A DNA stretch of 61,697 nt, counting the filler, from Dimorphilus gyrociliatus (taxonomy: Eukaryota > Animalia > Annelida): the NCBI GenBank assembly GCA_904063045.1. It is 4 parts of 4 records of this genome, joined end to end, with 100 filler letters (N's around TTAATTAATTAA, not from the genome) between each part and the next. Parts side by side here need not be neighbours in the genome. Positions count along the whole stretch, not along the records: positions 55,642 to 61,697 come from CAJFCJ010000200.1; 3 more parts are not named here. One strand, written 5' to 3'. The position numbers and the translations under genes were made by a program. The notes under the pieces are model-generated. The model did no database searches and was not told the DNA's origin. It saw nothing but the letters and a program-made list of their open reading frames with translations. Numbering within the stretch: position 1 is the first letter of the stretch; each line of letters opens with the position of its first letter. This document shows, in pieces, positions 57,824-61,697 of this stretch.

Positions 57824-58369
57824 AAGGGAATCATTTTTTTTCATTTTATAAAAACATTTGATTTTAGAAATTACTTTAAAGGAATATTCCTAAAAATGAA
57901 TATTATGTAAAATAAATATATTATTATAAAACACAACTAATAGATCTATTTCAATAAAAATTAGATCTAGTTTAAAACATATTCTTATATTCATAAATAA
58001 TTATAAATTCTAATAAATTCATATATTCTTAATAAATAATTAAAATAACGTTTAATTTGTAAATAATTAACTATTTTTGTTATAATCATTTTTAGAAATA
58101 AGTTTTATCACTAAATAAAATTTCTTAAGAAAAGTAAATTTTACTAGAAATTATTTAAATAAGAAGAATAGAATAGAATATAATTATTTAATAAGAAGAA
58201 TATAAAAGAACAAGAATTTATTAATTTGAACTCTATAAATAAAACAAGATATTTAAATTATTAAAATACTTGAATTATCATATAATATAATAACTTAACA
58301 ATTTTATTGATATAATAAATTTTAATCATATGAATATATTATATTAATTTTATATAATTATTTATTTAT

Positions 58370-59170
58370 TTATTTATTTATTTTTTTATTTCTTCTTAAA
58401 TTAATTTTTTTTAAATTTTGTAATTTTTTTAAATTCTGTATTAAATTCTCTTCTAAATTACACATTTTAAAATTTAATTCTTCTATTGAATTTATATTAG
58501 AAATTGTAATAAAACATAAATTATTTAAATTTCTATTTCCTTCTAAATTTAATATTTTTAATTTTTTTAAATTTTCTAAATTTTTTAAATCTTTTAAATA
58601 ATTTAAAGACAAGTTCAATTCTACCAAATTCTCTAAATTTTTTAAAAAATCTAAATTTGAAATTTCATTTGAGCCTAAATTCAATTTTTCTATATTTTTT
58701 AAATATTTTAATTTATTAATTAATACTTTCTCTAAATGGCAATTATAAAACTTATATCTTTTAGATTTTTTAAATTAAAAATAAAATCAATAGAATTTAA
58801 TTTATTACAAGATAAATCTAATTTTACTAAACTATTCAATTGTATACCAATATTATTTGTATTATCTATATCTGTATCATTTATATTTGTATTATCTATA
58901 TTTATATTTATATTTATATTATCTGTATTATCTTCTATAGATTCTAAATTACTATCATTATCACTATAATCTGTATAACCTGTTAAGTCTAATTCTATTA
59001 AATTATTTAATTTTAATGAATTAATATCTTTTATTTTTAAATTTTTAATAAAACTTAAATCTAATCTTTTTAATTGATTAAGTCTATTCAAATTAAATCC
59101 TTCTTTTATTTTACAATTTGATAAACTTAAATATTCTATTTTATTTAATTTATTAATTAAATTAAAAATG
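58370..59170 (-). CDS. Leucine-rich repeat protein, frameshifted in this assembly
   Basis: LKRLDLSF, LIELDLTG, LVKLDLSCNKL, LNLGSNEISNLDFL and LVELNLSLNYL continue across ORFs 58732..59091 and 58370..58684. Confidence 0.7.
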
Positions 59171-59835
59171 TATTATTTAATAAATAATTACTTAAAATTA
59201 ATTCTTTAGGTTGTTTATTATTAATAATTATATTTAATATAAAATTTATATTAAATTTAAATTTAAAATTCTTTTAGTTCTATATTTAATTCTTTATTTA
59301 TTATTATTATTATATTTTTAATATAATATGAATATTTATTTTATAAAAAAAAATTTAAAATTCAGAATTGAACTTTTCACTATTATTTTTTTTTAGAATA
59401 ACTTAAATTTAAAAGAATTTGTAATTGTGTATGAAATAGAGAGAGTTCATTAGAATTATTATTAATAAAAGCAAAAAGTGTATTAAAACCATATGTTATT
59501 AAAAATTTCAAAATATAAATTCTACTTTTGTATTTAGAAAAATAAATCAATAAGGAGAAGAATTTTTTTTTAAAATAAAATATCCTTTCTATAAAAAGTA
59601 ATTTTTATTTCCTATATATTTGAAAAAAATTCCAAGTTTTCTAAATTATTATTAATTAAAATCTTATTATTATCATTCTTTTTTAAATACATTTTTAGAA
59701 TAATTCATTAGAAAGGTAGAACAATTTAATCATATATTATTATTAATTAAAAGTTTATTTCTATCATAATTTAAATACATTTTTAGAATAATTCAATAGA
59801 AAGGTAGAACAACTTAATCTTCTACTTTTATTAAT

Positions 59836-60069
59836 TTATACTTTTTTTATTATTTTAATATTATTACATCTAATCATAATTCTATTAATATTACCAACAA
59901 AAATATTATCTTCAAATTCTTCTACTCTATTTAATAGAATATTATAATAATTATCAAAATCTTCTAATTCTCCTTTATATTTTAAATTCCATTTTAAAAT
60001 AACTTCAACTCTATTATTAATTAATTTTTCTAAGAAAGAATTTGGTGTTTTTAATTCTTTATTTATCAT
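59836..60069 (-). CDS. SmF: Sm protein SmF
   Basis: PNSFLEKL..RVEVILKWNLKYKGEL..FDNYYNILL...EE...IMIRCNNI matches SmF (VKLKWG.EYKG, IRCNN). ACCCTAA directly before the ATG. Confidence 0.88.
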   Translation of the reverse strand: MINKELKTPNSFLEKLINNRVEVILKWNLKYKGELEDFDNYYNILLNRVEEFEDNIFVGNINRIMIRCNNIKIIKKV

Positions 60070-60292
60070 TTAGGGTTTATAATTATAAATTCTAAAATAT
60101 GTTTTGTACTTATCTATTAATTCTTTTTCTATTTATTTTATTTTTATTTATAAAAAGTTGTTTAATTCTTTTTTTAACTTTTTAAATCTACTTTCTTCTT
60201 TTTTAAAATATCTAATATAAATGTTTTGTTTTTATTTAATTCTTGGTCTATAAATTTTATACACTCTTTTTTTTTATCTACTATTTTATTAT

Positions 60293-61697
60293 TTGTTATT
60301 TTATTCTTTTCTACTGGTAAATTATTACAAGATATATCAATTTCAGAATAATTTAAACTTTCATCTTCTTCTATTGATGAATTATTATTATGTTTATAAC
60401 TTTTATTATTTTTTATCTTATTTTCTTCTACTGATGAACTATTGTATGAATTATTATTGTTATTATCAGAAGTGCTTGATAGAATGCAAGTATTTATATT
60501 GTTTTTTCTTTATTTTCTTCTACTGATGAATATTGTATAAACTATTATTTATATTTTCTTCTACTGATGAATTATTGTATAAACTATTATTTATATTTTC
60601 TTCTACTGATGAATTATTATTATTATTAGATTCAATACTTCTATTACTTTTTATTTTATTTTCTTCTATTGATGAATGATTAGAAGTATTACTTTTTAAA
60701 TAATTTGTTTTTTTGTTAATAGATTCTGGTGTTTCTATTATTAAATTTTTAGATTCACTAGAATTTTTATTAAAATTTGTAATAAAATTTTCTGCTGGTT
60801 TTAAATGTAATATTTCGTTATTTCTTGTAATTTCTAAACTATTCTTAGAAATTATTACTGCAGAAGATGATATTATTAGAATTTTCAATTGATTCAATAA
60901 TAGTTGTTGATTTTTTTTCTTTTAAACTAATATTATTACTTTCCTTGTTTATCTCGCCTTTATTAGATTCAATTATACCTGATGAACTTTTTTCTATTAA
61001 GTTAGTAGTTTTTTTTGATTCTTCTTTATTATTGTTAATAGGTTTTACAATTGATGTTCTTTTATTTAACAATTCTACCTCTTCATTTGTTAAATTATAA
61101 AATTCAGATGTAAGTTTCTGTGTTTTTGTAATTATTTCTATAAAATTTGCATAAATACAAAGATTTTTTATATTTTATATTGTATTTCTATTATATCCTT
61201 TCCTATGAAAAATTTAAAATTATCTTTATTTATAAAGAAAAATATTTGTTTGTTTTTTATATCTAAAATTGCTTTATTAGGTAATACTAATTTTTTAACA
61301 GGTTTTCCAATAACTTTATTATTAACATCATAAATTGAAATTAAAAATTTTTAACATCGATTGGAAATGTTCTATTTTTTATTTTTAAAAAATTGTTAGT
61401 AAAGCTACTAAATAATTGTTTTTCTGATAATATCTGGTGATAATGTTTTATATATTAATAATAAATATTTCTGCTGATCTACTACATCATTTATTTCTAT
61501 TAGCTTCTGGTGTAGTTTTTTGTTTTGATAAAACTAATTAAAGCAAGTTTCTGTTCTTTGTTCTTAATTCTTTCTAATAATCTATTTGTACTTCCAAACA
61601 TTGGAATAGATTCATAAAGTGTTATTAAATCATTCATGCATGAATAAATATTTTTTTCTTAAATACTATTCATTCATGCATTGCAATATTTATTACT
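60293..61697 (-). other. Fragmented low-complexity hypothetical gene with SSVEENINNSLYN-type repeats
   Basis: ORFs 60520..60897 and 60845..61072 overlap in different frames. TTCTTCTACTGATGAA-type units recur at about 60364-60680. Confidence 0.35.

Noticed and set aside
1-61697. tRNA or rRNA genes
   Set aside because: I saw no cloverleaf with a T-loop GTTCRA and no rRNA conserved blocks; tRNAscan-SE and barrnap would be needed to exclude them fully.

Overview
This window is not one chromosome segment. It is four contigs joined by identical 100-nt artificial spacers (N44-TTAATTAATTAA-N44 at 15646-15745, 41214-41313 and 55542-55641). Contigs 1 (1-15645), 3 (41314-55541) and 4 (55642-61697) look microsporidian: compact, nearly intron-free, divergent housekeeping genes, most with a CCC motif just upstream of the ATG. 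They include an RRM protein, a DHHC-like protein, an amino-acid permease, a SCA7 protein, PIG-A, eIF5A, calcineurin B, SmB, an MFS transporter, RAD50, IMP3, an FG-repeat protein, UAP56/Sub2, SmF, an LRR protein, a VIT-vWA protein, and Merlin and pogo elements. Contig 2 (15746-41213) is intron-rich invertebrate animal DNA. It holds an intact ABCC transporter, an F-type lectin exon, broken GRL101-like and rhodopsin-type GPCR genes, a broken ENaC/degenerin with a very large knuckle insertion, and Tc1 elements. The strongest hunt result is the 74-nt intron at 52-125. It reads as a complete box C/D snoRNA of the U18/snR18 type that guides an LSU rRNA methylation, with box C overlapping the 5' splice site and the putative box D overlapping the branch point. 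All family assignments come from motif recognition by eye; no searches were run.
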